Source: a virus
UHGV virus genome: UHGV-0268820
DNA: 28,814 nt
Direction: 5' to 3' (one strand)
The position numbers and the translations under genes are program-made. Every line of letters begins with the position of its first letter. Within the stretch, counting starts at the first letter, position 1. Under the pieces are notes generated by a model, which made no database searches, was not told the DNA's origin, and saw nothing but the letters and a program-made list of their open reading frames with translations. Positions 8,193 through 17,661 of this stretch are shown in pieces.

Positions 8193-8701
8193 GAGAACTA
8201 AACCTCACCAAAGAACAGCATGAGTGGCTGAATGGCTGGCTTGAACTGTGGGGCGCATGGGTTTATTCAGGTCGTCTGGAAAAGCGCATGAGCAGCGTAA
8301 TAGCGAAGTTCATGGAGAGCGTAGAGCCGGGAAGAGTTATGACAAGGCCAATGTGTAATGATGATGATGGAATGTTGATTTCTCAGGTCGTCGATTCCGT
8401 CATGTACATTGACAAGAAAGCCTTTGGCATCCTCCTCAGCTACTACGCTCATGGTTCATCTAAGCGAGCAATTGCATCCTACTATCACGCGACTGCAAAG
8501 CCACGCAAGATGTGTGGACGTGGTGGCGAGGGATGGAGAAAACCTTCACTGGCAACCTGTAGAAACGAAATTGACGACATCCTGAAAGCGTCGTTATTTG
8601 TTTTGTACCAACCAATGCAAAATGCTTTCAAAATGCGTAAACGTGTTGAGAAAGTTAAGCATGTTGCTGTTAAAAGCCTTGACATGCAATTAGCCATTTA
8701 G
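8183..8701 (+). CDS. late-gene antiterminator Q, QuuD/Q21-like family (not lambda-Q type)
   Basis: 172 aa from GTG 8183 (RBS GGGAGAAGG); motifs [17 protein letters not shown] and LLSYYAHG resemble the E. coli QuuD family; located directly before pR' and the lysis genes. Confidence 0.7.
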   Translation: MGIRELNLTKEQHEWLNGWLELWGAWVYSGRLEKRMSSVIAKFMESVEPGRVMTRPMCNDDDGMLISQVVDSVMYIDKKAFGILLSYYAHGSSKRAIASYYHATAKPRKMCGRGGEGWRKPSLATCRNEIDDILKASLFVLYQPMQNAFKMRKRVEKVKHVAVKSLDMQLAI

Positions 8702-8708
8702 CCATAAT
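8679..8708 (+). promoter_or_regulatory. candidate late promoter pR' (sigma70 TTGACA-18-CATAAT) overlapping the 3' end of Q
   Basis: TTGACA at 8679-8684 and CATAAT at 8703-8708; position at the end of Q is as expected for a lambdoid pR'/qut region. Confidence 0.45.
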
Positions 8709-8718
8709 TAGAAGGTAA

Positions 8719-8763
8719 GCTGCCGTTAGTGACTCTTAAGTTGCAACGGTGGCTTTTTTATTT
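8719..8763 (+). terminator. candidate tR'-like intrinsic terminator shortly downstream of pR'
   Basis: 9-bp stem GCUGCCGUU/AACGGUGGC (two G-U pairs) with a 17-nt loop, followed by TTTTTTATTT (8754-8763). Confidence 0.45.
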
Positions 8764-8855
8764 GCACAACAGGTAAGAGCATTGAACCCGCAGACCTCGC
8801 GGAATTGGTGAAAGGTGCCGCGCAGTGCTCTTATCGTTGTGGCAGCACAACGATA
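8764..8855 (+). repeat. late-leader element copy 1 (GCACAACAGGTAAGAGCATT ... AGTGCTCTT) ending in a perfect 10-bp palindrome
   Basis: Shares a 21/22-nt head motif and the AGTGCTCTT tail motif with copy 2; a 10-bp inverted repeat TATCGTTGTG-gcag-CACAACGATA lies at 8832-8855; resembles the lambda post-tR' leader as recalled. Confidence 0.5.
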
Positions 8856-9023
8856 GTTTTCGTCAGAGTTGGCGACTTTGCGGTTTTTTAGAAACTGATC
8901 ACAAAGATAAATGCAAACGAAGAAATGTATCTGGCCGTAGCTTAACCGCTAAACACCAGTGAGGTATTCCAGTTCCTCATCAACGAATCTGGCGCACTGG
9001 CCCGGTGTGATTAATAATGGGCA

Positions 9024-9130
9024 CACAACAGGTAAGAGCATTAAAGAACTGGCAAAGAGCTTAACGGTCTGCGAAAGCATTTCTTAGTGGCACAACTGGC
9101 CGGTACAACTGAGTGCTCTTTCCGGTGTGG
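9024..9130 (+). repeat. late-leader element copy 2 (direct repeat of copy 1, about 260 bp downstream)
   Basis: CACAACAGGTAAGAGCATT at 9025-9043 and AGTGCTCTTTCCGGTGTGG at 9112-9130; head and tail are mutually complementary (GTAAGAGCA/TGCTCTT), predicting a long-range stem. Confidence 0.5.
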
Positions 9131-9585
9131 TGAATGCGCAGGCTGATGCGTTAATCAGGTGAACGAGACACCCGCCGGTCCGTGATATGGCACACCGTGC
9201 CGGTCATATCTGCCGCGGTTAGGTTTACGAGGATTTCGTAAAGCTGGTCTAGGGTGAAGCCGTGAAAGCGGAGGAAGTAAAACGAGGCGTCGGTACACGC
9301 CTATCGTCATTAAGTCGGAGTTCAGCACCGACCGCCACAACCCAAACTGAGCCGTAGCCACTGACTATCCTGAATTCATCAGTGATAGTTACGCTGCGGC
9401 CTTCTACACATGATCTTCGTGAAAGCGGGTGGCAGGAGGTTGCGCTAACAACCTCATGCCGTTTTGCCCGTGCATATCGGTCACGAACAAATCTGATTAC
9501 TAAACACAGTAGCCTGGATTTGTTCTATCAGTAATCGACCTTATTCCTAATTAAATAGAGCAAATCCCCTTATTGGGGGTAAGAC

Positions 9586-9909
9586 ATGAAGATGCCAGAA
9601 AAACATGACCTGTTAGCCGCCATTCTCGCGGCAAAGGAACAAGGCATCGGGGCAATCCTTGCGTTTGCAATGGCGTACCTTCGCGGCAGATATAATGGCG
9701 GTGCGTTTACAAAAACAGTAATCGACGCAACGATGTGCGCCATTATCGCCTGGTTCATTCGTGACCTTCTCGACTTCGCCGGACTAAGTAGCAATCTCGC
9801 TTATATAACGAGCGTGTTCATCGGCTACATCGGCACTGACTCGATTGGTTCGCTTATCAAACGCTTCGCTGCTAAAAAAGCCGGAGTAGAAGATGGTGGA
9901 AATCAATAA
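9586..9909 (+). CDS. S: holin S with dual-start motif (S107 antiholin from ATG 9586, S105 holin from ATG 9592)
   Basis: [62 protein letters not shown]... essentially identical to recalled lambda S; Met-Lys-Met dual start present. Confidence 0.9.
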   Translation: MKMPEKHDLLAAILAAKEQGIGAILAFAMAYLRGRYNGGAFTKTVIDATMCAIIAWFIRDLLDFAGLSSNLAYITSVFIGYIGTDSIGSLIKRFAAKKAGVEDGGNQ

Positions 9910-10369
9910 TCAACGTAAGGCGTTCCTCGATATGCTGGCGTGGTCAGAGGGAACTGATAACGGACGTCAGAAAACCAGAAATCATGGTTATGACGTCATT
10001 GTTGGCGGAGAGCTATTCGCTGATTACTCCGATCACCCTCGCAAACTTGTCACGCTAAACCCAAAACTCAAATCAACAGCCGCCGGACGTTACCAGCTTC
10101 TTTCCCGTTGGTGGGATGCCTACCGCAAGCAACTTGGCCTGAAAGACTTCTCTCCGAAAAGCCAGGATGCTGTGGCATTGCAACAGATTAAAGAGCGTGG
10201 CGCTTTACCGATGATTGATCGCGGTGATATCCGTCAGGCTATCGACCGTTGCAGCAATATCTGGGCTTCACTGCCGGGCGCTGGTTATGGTCAGTTCGAG
10301 CATAAGGCTGACAACCTGATTGCAAAATTCAAAGAAGCAGGCGGAACGGTCAGAGAGATTGAGGTATGA
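9893..10369 (+). CDS. R: endolysin R (lytic transglycosylase)
   Basis: 158 aa [42 protein letters not shown]... near-identical to recalled lambda R; start overlaps the end of S. Confidence 0.9.
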   Translation: MVEINNQRKAFLDMLAWSEGTDNGRQKTRNHGYDVIVGGELFADYSDHPRKLVTLNPKLKSTAAGRYQLLSRWWDAYRKQLGLKDFSPKSQDAVALQQIKERGALPMIDRGDIRQAIDRCSNIWASLPGAGYGQFEHKADNLIAKFKEAGGTVREIEV

Positions 10370-10803
10370 GCAGAGTAGCCGCGATTATCTCCGCTCTGGT
10401 TATCTGCATCATCGTCTGCCTGTCGTGGGCTGTTAATCATTACCGTGATAACGCCATGACCTACAAAGAGCAGCGCGATAAAGCCACATCCACCATCGCT
10501 GATATGCAGAAGCGTCAACGTGATGTAGCAGAACTCGATGCCAGATATACAAAGGAGCTTGCTGATGCTAACGCGACTATCGAAAGTCTCCGTGCTGATG
10601 TTTCTGCTGGTCGTAAGCGCCTGCAAGTCGCCGCCACCTGTGCAAAGTCAACGACCGGAGCCAGCAGCATGGGCGATGGAGAAAGCCCAAGACTTACAGC
10701 AGATGCTGAACTCAATTATTACCGTCTCCGAAGTGGAATCGACAAGATAACCGCGCAGGTTAACTACCTGCAGGAGTACATCAGGACGCAATGCCTTCGA
10801 TGA
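10366..10803 (+). CDS. Rz: i-spanin Rz (lambda-like N-terminus and TM segment, divergent periplasmic region)
   Basis: [30 protein letters not shown]... N-terminal TM helix and coiled-coil region; ATGA overlap with the R stop. Confidence 0.85.
   Translation: MSRVAAIISALVICIIVCLSWAVNHYRDNAMTYKEQRDKATSTIADMQKRQRDVAELDARYTKELADANATIESLRADVSAGRKRLQVAATCAKSTTGASSMGDGESPRLTADAELNYYRLRSGIDKITAQVNYLQEYIRTQCLR
10565..10750 (+). CDS. Rz1: o-spanin Rz1 lipoprotein embedded in the +1 frame of Rz
   Basis: Embedded ORF with signal peptide [20 protein letters not shown], lipobox VSAC and a Pro-rich mature region ([13 protein letters not shown]); start chosen at the internal Met to give a lambda-like Rz1 length of about 61 aa. 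Confidence 0.6.
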   Translation: MLTRLSKVSVLMFLLVVSACKSPPPVQSQRPEPAAWAMEKAQDLQQMLNSIITVSEVESTR

Positions 10804-11376
10804 TAGCGATAATTTTACTCATCATCCTTCACATCTGGCTCTGTAGACAGGGTGGTGATCACTTCTGGAGTGAATCCAGATTAAACATCTCATTGCTGAT
10901 GCTTGAAGTTGAGCATCTGGCGCGCGGTAAGGGGCTGCGTTGAGATAAGAGCCAGTTCATTACAAAGCCCATCTACGGGTGGGCTTGATAATGAAACCGT
11001 GATTTACATCCCTCACAATCCAGGTATGTAAAAGCTGGATCATGCGAGAACGGATTTAACTAAATCTGTGCACCACCAGTTACGGCAGTACCGCGAAAAA
11101 ACCCAAGCCAGTAAGTGGGGAAATAACACTGGCAGCCACTGAAAGATGAACATCCTGCCTTATGGCAAAAAAGATTCTTTGTGGTGGCGGACTGATGGAA
11201 AGACATCGGTTATTGCAGAGGCCATTCAATGAGTGGTCTCGACAATGGCTTATACCCTACACGGGATAACTTAACTGATATCCCCACAAGCGGATAAAGA
11301 GATTCTCAATGTCAGGAATCTACTTTTAGTCCTAGTAATGATGAACTAGATATCAGTTGAGTCGCTTGGGTGGTGA

Positions 11377-11613
11377 TTACGATTCTGCTTCAAACTCAGA
11401 AATTAGTTGATGAACACGTTCAGTATATGATGGGTTAGAACCTAGAAACTCTTCCACTGTCTGAATGGTTTCATCACCCTCCCATTCAAAATGGCTCACA
11501 GGCGACGAATGACCAGCCCTGACTTGGTAGGAGCCATTGTCCAATTTGTCCAGGAATATATAAGTTTCATTATCATGACCTGTATTTCGGTAAAAAATTT
11601 GCTTTGAGTTCAT
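11377..11613 (-). CDS. hypothetical small acidic protein (78 aa), minus-strand moron between the lysis cassette and terminase
   Basis: Only convincing minus-strand ORF in the window; AGGAG-type RBS (ctagaGGAtttctttaATG on the - strand); AT-rich relative to its flanks; no recognisable domain. Confidence 0.5.
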   Translation of the reverse strand: MNSKQIFYRNTGHDNETYIFLDKLDNGSYQVRAGHSSPVSHFEWEGDETIQTVEEFLGSNPSYTERVHQLISEFEAES

Positions 11614-11637
11614 TAAAGAAATCCTCTAGAGAAAACT

Positions 11638-12189
11638 ATGGCACTCACCGACAAGCAAGAAATGTTCTGTCGCGAGTACCTCATCGATTTAAACGCCACA
11701 CAAGCGGCTATTCGGGCGGGGTACAGCGCAAAGACAGCTAACCGTACCGCATCCGAAAACCTGTCAAAACCTGACATCAAGTTAAGAATCGCCGAACTGA
11801 AAGCGCAACGCAATGATCTTATTGGTATTAATGCAGAATATGTACTTAATCGCCTTATTGAAATCGACCAGATGGATGTGCTCGACATTCTCCTGCAAAA
11901 CGGTGAGCTAAAGCCCATTAAAGACTGGCCTAAGGTATGGCGCACAACGCTATCAGGAATGGATGTCGTGGAGATGGCATCCGCAGATAGCGCCGCACTT
12001 CTGAAGAAAATCAAATGGCCTGATAAGGTTAAAAACCTTGAATTGCTCGGGCGTCATGTTTCTGTTCAGGCGTTTAAAGACAATGTCAAAAATGAAGTGA
12101 CTGGTGCTGACGGAGGACCAGTCAGAACAGAAATTACCAACTTAACGCCGGAGCAGGCTGCAGAGGCGTATAGAAAAATGATGGGCTAA
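11638..12189 (+). CDS. terminase small subunit (Terminase_2 / P27-like family)
   Basis: N-terminus [30 protein letters not shown]... is the hallmark of this TerS family; immediately followed by the large subunit. Confidence 0.8.
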   Translation: MALTDKQEMFCREYLIDLNATQAAIRAGYSAKTANRTASENLSKPDIKLRIAELKAQRNDLIGINAEYVLNRLIEIDQMDVLDILLQNGELKPIKDWPKVWRTTLSGMDVVEMASADSAALLKKIKWPDKVKNLELLGRHVSVQAFKDNVKNEVTGADGGPVRTEITNLTPEQAAEAYRKMMG

Positions 12190-12191
12190 GT

Positions 12192-13814
12192 ATGCCGTTA
12201 CCATTCCCCTTCGATTTTAAACATCCTGATTACCAGATGGTTTTTGAATGGCGGATGGAACGCCTACAGCGCATTCGCCAGAATCCTGAAATATTGCCCG
12301 TATTGAAGCAGTTTTACCGAACCAATCCGGCTCAGTTCATCATCGACTGGGGCATGACAACGGACCCGCGTAATATTGATTATGGCCTTCCGGTGACCAT
12401 TCCGTTTTTACTCTTCCCTAAGCAGGAGGAGTGGATCCACTGGATTATGGAACGCTGGAGCAATCGGGAGAATGGTATTACCGAAAAATCCCGTGAAATG
12501 GGGCTCAGTTGGACCGCGATCGGACTGGCCTGCTCGCTTTGTCTCTTCAACAAAGAAATGGTTATCGGTTTCGGCTCCCGTAAAGAGGAATACGTCGACA
12601 GCACTGGTGACCCGAAAGCATTGTTCTGGAAGGCACGCAAGTTCGTGGAAACGCTACCTGTAGAGTTTCGCGGTTCGTGGAGTGAGAAGAAGCACGCGCC
12701 ATATATGCGTGTTGAGTTTCCTGAAACTGGTGCCGTTATCAAAGGCGAGGCTGGCGATAATATTGGTCGTGGTGACCGTACCACGCTTTATCTGGTTGAT
12801 GAGGCTGCATTCCTTCAGCGTCCTCTGCTGATTGATGCGGCGTTGTCACAAACGACGCGTTGCCGTATCGACCTGAGTTCAGTTAACGGCATGGCTAACC
12901 CGTTCGCTCAGAAGCGTCATGGCGGGAAGATACCGGTATTCACATTCCACTGGCGGGATGATCCTCGCAAGGATGAAGAGTGGTATCGCAGGGAATGCGA
13001 GAAAATCGATAATCCGGTGGTGGTGGCACAGGAACTTGATCTGAACTACAGCGCATCAGCGGAAGGCGTTCTGATTCCATCCGAATGGGTACAGGCTGCC
13101 GTTGATGCGCATATCAAACTGGGTATCCAGCCAACAGGCAAACGACTTGGCGCGATGGATGTCGCCGACGAAGGCAGGGACAAAAATGCCTTTTCCACCC
13201 GTCATGGCTTCCTCCTGGAAAATGTGCGGGAATGGTCCGGTGTGGGCAGCGACATTTATCAGTCCGTCGAGAAGGTTTTCGGCTTTTGCGAACAGGACAA
13301 CCTCGAAGAGTTTCGCTTTGACGAGGACGGGCTGGGCGCTGGCGTTCGCGGCGATGCACGCGCTATCAACGAACTGCGTAACGCTGCGCGTCGACCGTCA
13401 ATACTCGCCACACCGTTTCGAGGTAGTGGCGCGGTATTTGATCCGGATGATGAAGCTGTTCGCGGGGACAACGGGCAAGCCGCACGTCTGAACAAGGACT
13501 TCTTCGCTAACGCCAAAGCCCAGAGCTGGTGGCGGTTACGTAAACTTTTTCAGAATACCTGGCGCGCCGTGGTTGAAGGTATGGCTTACAACCCGGACGA
13601 AATCATCTCAATCAGCAGTAGCATGGCACTCAAAGATAAACTCATCATCGAGCTTTCGCAGCCGACCTATTCCATTAATGGTGTGGGAAAAATCGTTATT
13701 GATAAACAGCCTGATGGAACCCGGTCGCCAAACCTTGCCGACTCGGTGATGATCAGCTACGCGCCAATGAATTCAGCCCTGAACATCTGGGAGCTGCTAG
13801 GGAGACAGGCCTGA
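12192..13814 (+). CDS. terminase large subunit
   Basis: 540 aa; Walker-B-like LYLVDEAAF; acidic residues in the C-terminal half consistent with a nuclease domain; position between terS and portal. Confidence 0.75.
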   Translation: MPLPFPFDFKHPDYQMVFEWRMERLQRIRQNPEILPVLKQFYRTNPAQFIIDWGMTTDPRNIDYGLPVTIPFLLFPKQEEWIHWIMERWSNRENGITEKSREMGLSWTAIGLACSLCLFNKEMVIGFGSRKEEYVDSTGDPKALFWKARKFVETLPVEFRGSWSEKKHAPYMRVEFPETGAVIKGEAGDNIGRGDRTTLYLVDEAAFLQRPLLIDAALSQTTRCRIDLSSVNGMANPFAQKRHGGKIPVFTFHWRDDPRKDEEWYRRECEKIDNPVVVAQELDLNYSASAEGVLIPSEWVQAAVDAHIKLGIQPTGKRLGAMDVADEGRDKNAFSTRHGFLLENVREWSGVGSDIYQSVEKVFGFCEQDNLEEFRFDEDGLGAGVRGDARAINELRNAARRPSILATPFRGSGAVFDPDDEAVRGDNGQAARLNKDFFANAKAQSWWRLRKLFQNTWRAVVEGMAYNPDEIISISSSMALKDKLIIELSQPTYSINGVGKIVIDKQPDGTRSPNLADSVMISYAPMNSALNIWELLGRQA

Positions 13815-15280
13815 TGGCACGAAACAAACAAGCCCTGCGGCGAACTGCGCAGGCCACAGCTGATGGTTATGAGAATTTTATTGCCCGCGTAGGGATGCAG
13901 ACACCTAACCAGCACTCAGCATCCACCTACCGGGCTAATTTCACCAGTCGTAACCGCATGCTGGTGGAATGGTCCTATCGTTCGTCCTGGATCATCGGCG
14001 AAGCGGTCGATGCTATCCCGGATGATATGACCCGCAAAGGCATTCGCATCACTTCGGAAATTGATGCAAAAGATCGCGGCATTCTCGAATCACAACTGGA
14101 TGAGTTGCAAATCTGGGATGCGCTGAACGACGTGCTGAAATGGTCTCGCCTCTACGGCGGCGCGGTCGGTTTCATCATGATTGAGGGGCAGGCACCAATG
14201 ACCCCGCTGCGACCCGAAACCATCGGTAAGGGCAAGTTTAAGGGGATTCTCCCGCTCGACCGCTGGATGATTGACCCGGTACTGACCCGCCGCATTAAAG
14301 ATATGGGGCCGGACCTGGGTAAACCTGAGTTTTACGATGTGGTGACCACAGCAACGGGAATTCCTGCCTGGCGCATTCATCACAGTCGACTGATTCGCTT
14401 TGATGGCGTCACGCTGCCATTTCAGCAGAAGATGACCGAGAACGAATGGGGAATGTCGGTTGTAGAGCGTATCTGGGATCGTCTTACCGCGTTCGACAGC
14501 GCTACTGTCGGCGCGGCGCAGCTGGTCTACAAAGCGCATTTGCGTACCTACAGCGTGGAGAAGCTACGCGAGCTTATCGCACTTGGTGGTCCTGCGTATG
14601 AAGCGTTGCTGAAGAATATCGACCTGATTCGACAGTTCCAGAGTAATGAAGGCATGACGCTCATGGACTCGCGGGATAAGTTTGAAACCCATCAGTACAG
14701 CTTCAGTGGTCTGGATGACATCCTTTCACAGTTTGCAGAACAGATTAGTGGCGCTGTTGGTATCCCACTGGTGCGGTTGTTCGGACAGTCCCCGAAAGGA
14801 TTTTCTACCGGCGATGCAGACCTTGCCAACTATTACGATCGGGTAAGCTCGTTGCAGGAGAGACGTTTACGTCTTCCGGTGCGGCGGATACTGGACATCA
14901 TGCATCGTTCGGAACTTGGCAAGCCGCTGCCGGACGATTTCACGTTTGAGTTTAACCCGCTCTGGCAAATGTCTGATGTCGATCGCTCAACGGTGGCGTT
15001 AAACACCACCAACGCAATCAGTACAGCGCTGGGTGATGGTCTGATGACACTGAAAGCCGCTATGACCGATTTGCGCGAAAATTCTGACGTAACCGGCATC
15101 GGGGCATCCATTACCGACGAGGACATCGAGAATGCCGAAGACGAAGCGCCGCCCGGCATCGGCGAACCTGATGACGAACCGCAGGAACCGTCAGGCGGAA
15201 ATCCGCTATCGAACCAGCCTACGCAGGATAGCGCGGGCGGTCGGAGACATCGTAAATGGTCGCTACGATGGTTCAAATGA
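13814..15280 (+). CDS. portal protein
   Basis: 488 aa; gene order after terL; acidic C-terminal tail (DEDIENAEDEAPPGIGEPDDEPQEP) typical of portals. The 3' end (15132-15280) overlaps the next ORF out of frame, so the true stop is uncertain. Confidence 0.7.
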   Translation: MARNKQALRRTAQATADGYENFIARVGMQTPNQHSASTYRANFTSRNRMLVEWSYRSSWIIGEAVDAIPDDMTRKGIRITSEIDAKDRGILESQLDELQIWDALNDVLKWSRLYGGAVGFIMIEGQAPMTPLRPETIGKGKFKGILPLDRWMIDPVLTRRIKDMGPDLGKPEFYDVVTTATGIPAWRIHHSRLIRFDGVTLPFQQKMTENEWGMSVVERIWDRLTAFDSATVGAAQLVYKAHLRTYSVEKLRELIALGGPAYEALLKNIDLIRQFQSNEGMTLMDSRDKFETHQYSFSGLDDILSQFAEQISGAVGIPLVRLFGQSPKGFSTGDADLANYYDRVSSLQERRLRLPVRRILDIMHRSELGKPLPDDFTFEFNPLWQMSDVDRSTVALNTTNAISTALGDGLMTLKAAMTDLRENSDVTGIGASITDEDIENAEDEAPPGIGEPDDEPQEPSGGNPLSNQPTQDSAGGRRHRKWSLRWFK

Positions 15281-15905
15281 CAGTATCACGGAAATTATTG
15301 AGGCGCTGGAACGCTACAGTGAAATCATAACCCCCTGGGCGACAAAGGTCGCGGAAAACTTTACCGCCGACATTGTGCGCAAGAATGATGAGCAGTGGCG
15401 TAAACACAGCAAAACCATCAGCCGTGAGCTACGCAATCTGGTAAACAGTGCCCCTCCAGGGCAGGTGATGAAATCCATCGTTGCTGAACAGGTTAAGTAC
15501 ATCAAATCGCTCCCCCTCGAGGCAGCTGACAGGGTGTACGACATCCAGAATCGGGCGATAGAAGCTGTTGTTACCGGTGGGAGAGCGGAACATTTTGCTA
15601 AAGAAATAGCCGCATCGGGTGATATAGCAAAGTCCAGAGCTGACCTGATTGCCCGTACTGAACTTGGACGTGCAACCGGCGCGCTGGATCAGGCGCGTGC
15701 GCTGTCAATTGGTTCGAATGGTTATATCTGGCGTACAGCCGAAGATGGTGACGTCAGGCATTCTCATCGGGAAATGGAAGGTAAATTTGTCGAATGGGGC
15801 AAACCTCCAACGCTTGATGGCATGACCGGTCACGCTGGCGAGCTCCCGAATTGTCGCTGTTATAAAGAAATCGTTTTTCCCTCCTCCCATTCTTATCCCG
15901 CCTGA
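15132..15905 (+). CDS. head morphogenesis protein (Mu gpF / SPP1 gp7-like)
   Basis: C-terminal motif ...WRTAEDGDVRHSHREMEG...GHAGELPNCRCY is characteristic of the Mu F-like family; start uncertain because of the 149-nt overlap with the portal ORF. Confidence 0.65.
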   Translation: MPKTKRRPASANLMTNRRNRQAEIRYRTSLRRIARAVGDIVNGRYDGSNDSITEIIEALERYSEIITPWATKVAENFTADIVRKNDEQWRKHSKTISRELRNLVNSAPPGQVMKSIVAEQVKYIKSLPLEAADRVYDIQNRAIEAVVTGGRAEHFAKEIAASGDIAKSRADLIARTELGRATGALDQARALSIGSNGYIWRTAEDGDVRHSHREMEGKFVEWGKPPTLDGMTGHAGELPNCRCYKEIVFPSSHSYPA

Positions 15906-15919
15906 ATCGCAGGTAACAC

Positions 15920-17140
15920 ATGAAATATTTTTTCAATACCCGGCTGGGGGAAACCCGCTATCAGCTGGCTGACGGCTCGTTGCTGTGCAAAGACGTGCCG
16001 ATAGGACGAACAGGTAAGCAGCTCTATGGTGCTGATGACCTGCCAAAACTGAAACCCGATAAGTTCGGTGAAATAGTCGTCACGCGATCTCCTGAGCAGG
16101 TATTCCATCCCGCCACGCTTGCCTCATTCGAAGGAATGAGTATCACGGTGTTGCATCCCGAGGATGAAAACGGGGATGTGCGGCTGGTAAATCCCGAGAA
16201 CTGGAAAGAGCTTGCTGTCGGGCACCTCCAGAATGTCCGGCGCGGGACGGGTGAGCAGTCTGATTTGATGCTGGCTGACCTTATCGTCAAAGACGAAAGC
16301 GCCATTCAGCTTATCGAAGATGGCCTGCGTGAAGTGTCGTGCGGCTATGACGCGGAGTACGAGCAGACCGAGCCAGGTAAAGCCGAGCAGGTCGATATTA
16401 CCGGAAACCATGTGGCTCTTGTCCCCAAAGGCAGAGCCGGAAATCGTTGTGCAATTGGAGACAGAGACACAATGGCAAATCAAAAGAAAAACTGGTGGAA
16501 CCGCATGCGTGCAGCCATCAAGACAGGAGATGCCGACACCATGAACGAACTGGTGGAGTCGGCTCCCGCATCGGTTACAGGAGATGAGGGGGATTTGCCG
16601 CAGGGCGTTAATCTCAACATCAACCTGTCCCCGCAGCAACCACTACCGGACAAAGCACCAGAGATGGGTGGAGGTCCAACCGGCGACAGTGATGATGACC
16701 TCAAAACATTACTGAAAGCCCTGCTGGCTAAGCTGGAAGGAAATGCCACGGGCGATAACGATAATAAGCCTGACGATAATCCGACCGGTGACGGCGAGGA
16801 CGATGAAGAGGAAACCACGATTACTGGTGACTCAGCCTGGCGTGCCGAAGTTATCGTTCCGGGTATCGATCTGAGCCGTAAGATGAAACCGACCGAGTTC
16901 AAACGCGAGGTTCTGGCTTCCGCAGATAAAACGCTGGTTCGCCAGATCGTCGGTGATGCGGATATCCGCAAATTGCCGAAACAATCGGTCGACATGGCGT
17001 TTAATGCCGTGTCTGAGATTGCCAAAGGGCGAAACACCCGCGCCACCACCGGCGATGCACAGCGCCTAAACATGGGCATGACCAGTATCGCTTCCCTGAA
17101 CAAACAAAACGCTGAATTCTGGGCAAACCGTAAAGGGTAA
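15920..17140 (+). CDS. putative prohead protease/scaffolding protein (DUF2213-like N-terminal domain with acidic low-complexity scaffold region)
   Basis: 406 aa; central D/E/G-rich tract (GDSDDDLKTLLKALLAKLEGNATGDNDNKPDDNPTGDGEDDEEE); located between the MuF-like and capsid genes. Confidence 0.5.
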   Translation: MKYFFNTRLGETRYQLADGSLLCKDVPIGRTGKQLYGADDLPKLKPDKFGEIVVTRSPEQVFHPATLASFEGMSITVLHPEDENGDVRLVNPENWKELAVGHLQNVRRGTGEQSDLMLADLIVKDESAIQLIEDGLREVSCGYDAEYEQTEPGKAEQVDITGNHVALVPKGRAGNRCAIGDRDTMANQKKNWWNRMRAAIKTGDADTMNELVESAPASVTGDEGDLPQGVNLNINLSPQQPLPDKAPEMGGGPTGDSDDDLKTLLKALLAKLEGNATGDNDNKPDDNPTGDGEDDEEETTITGDSAWRAEVIVPGIDLSRKMKPTEFKREVLASADKTLVRQIVGDADIRKLPKQSVDMAFNAVSEIAKGRNTRATTGDAQRLNMGMTSIASLNKQNAEFWANRKG

Positions 17141-17143
17141 AAA

Positions 17144-17650
17144 ATGAATAATGTATTTCTGTACCGGATGCCTGTTGGCATTGCCGGGGCTGTCTCTCGC
17201 CCGCAGGACTTAACCGTCGAACCGGTGGTCCTTAAATCCGATAACGCCTTCGCTGCCTATGGGCTGGCTGGTAAATACGATGATGACGGTTTTTTCGTGC
17301 CGCTGGCAGATGGTGATACCGCAGACAAGGTGAAGGGGATCTACGTGCGCCCTTATCCGACCACTTCGCAGCCGGACATGGTTCGCCAGGTGGGGAGTGG
17401 CAAGAACTTCCCGGGCGACGCCATGAAGCGTGGCTACGTGACCGTTAATCTCGGTTCTGATTTTGATGCCAGCACCATCAAAAAAGGCGACCCGGTATAC
17501 GTTGTCGTCTCCACTGATGAATCCATCAAAGTGCCGCTGGGTGGATTCATGTCCACGTCAGTCAGTGGCAAAAATGTGGTGCTGACCAACGCTGAATTCA
17601 CAGGTGCCGGTGATGCTGACGGCAATGCAGAAATTTCCTGGAAGATTTAA
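17144..17650 (+). CDS. putative head decoration/accessory capsid protein
   Basis: 168 aa Gly-rich protein immediately upstream of the major capsid gene; assignment by position and composition only. Confidence 0.4.
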   Translation: MNNVFLYRMPVGIAGAVSRPQDLTVEPVVLKSDNAFAAYGLAGKYDDDGFFVPLADGDTADKVKGIYVRPYPTTSQPDMVRQVGSGKNFPGDAMKRGYVTVNLGSDFDASTIKKGDPVYVVVSTDESIKVPLGGFMSTSVSGKNVVLTNAEFTGAGDADGNAEISWKI

Positions 17651-17661
17651 GGAACAGACGA

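Noticed and set aside
9155-9361. 68-aa minus-strand ORF in the Q-S spacer
   Set aside because: Arg/Pro-rich low-complexity translation, no RBS, lies in the non-coding late leader.
8702-9585. tRNA genes (ileZ/argN/argO-like) or toxin cargo between Q and S
   Set aside because: No cloverleaf-compatible sequence (no GTTCRA T-loop motif with matching acceptor stem) and no ORF; the region appears to be structured leader only.
10538-10564. Upstream ATG (MPDIQRSLL...) as the Rz1 start
   Set aside because: Signal peptide and lipobox begin after the internal Met at 10565; the upstream extension lacks an RBS and would give an atypically long n-region.
15700-15725. GGTTCGAAT motif resembling a tRNA T-loop
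   Set aside because: Lies inside the MuF-like CDS with no flanking acceptor or anticodon stem structure.
16480-17181. 233-aa minus-strand ORF antisense to the scaffold/protease gene
   Set aside because: Ser/Pro-rich low-complexity mirror of the acidic scaffold region; no RBS; shadow ORF.
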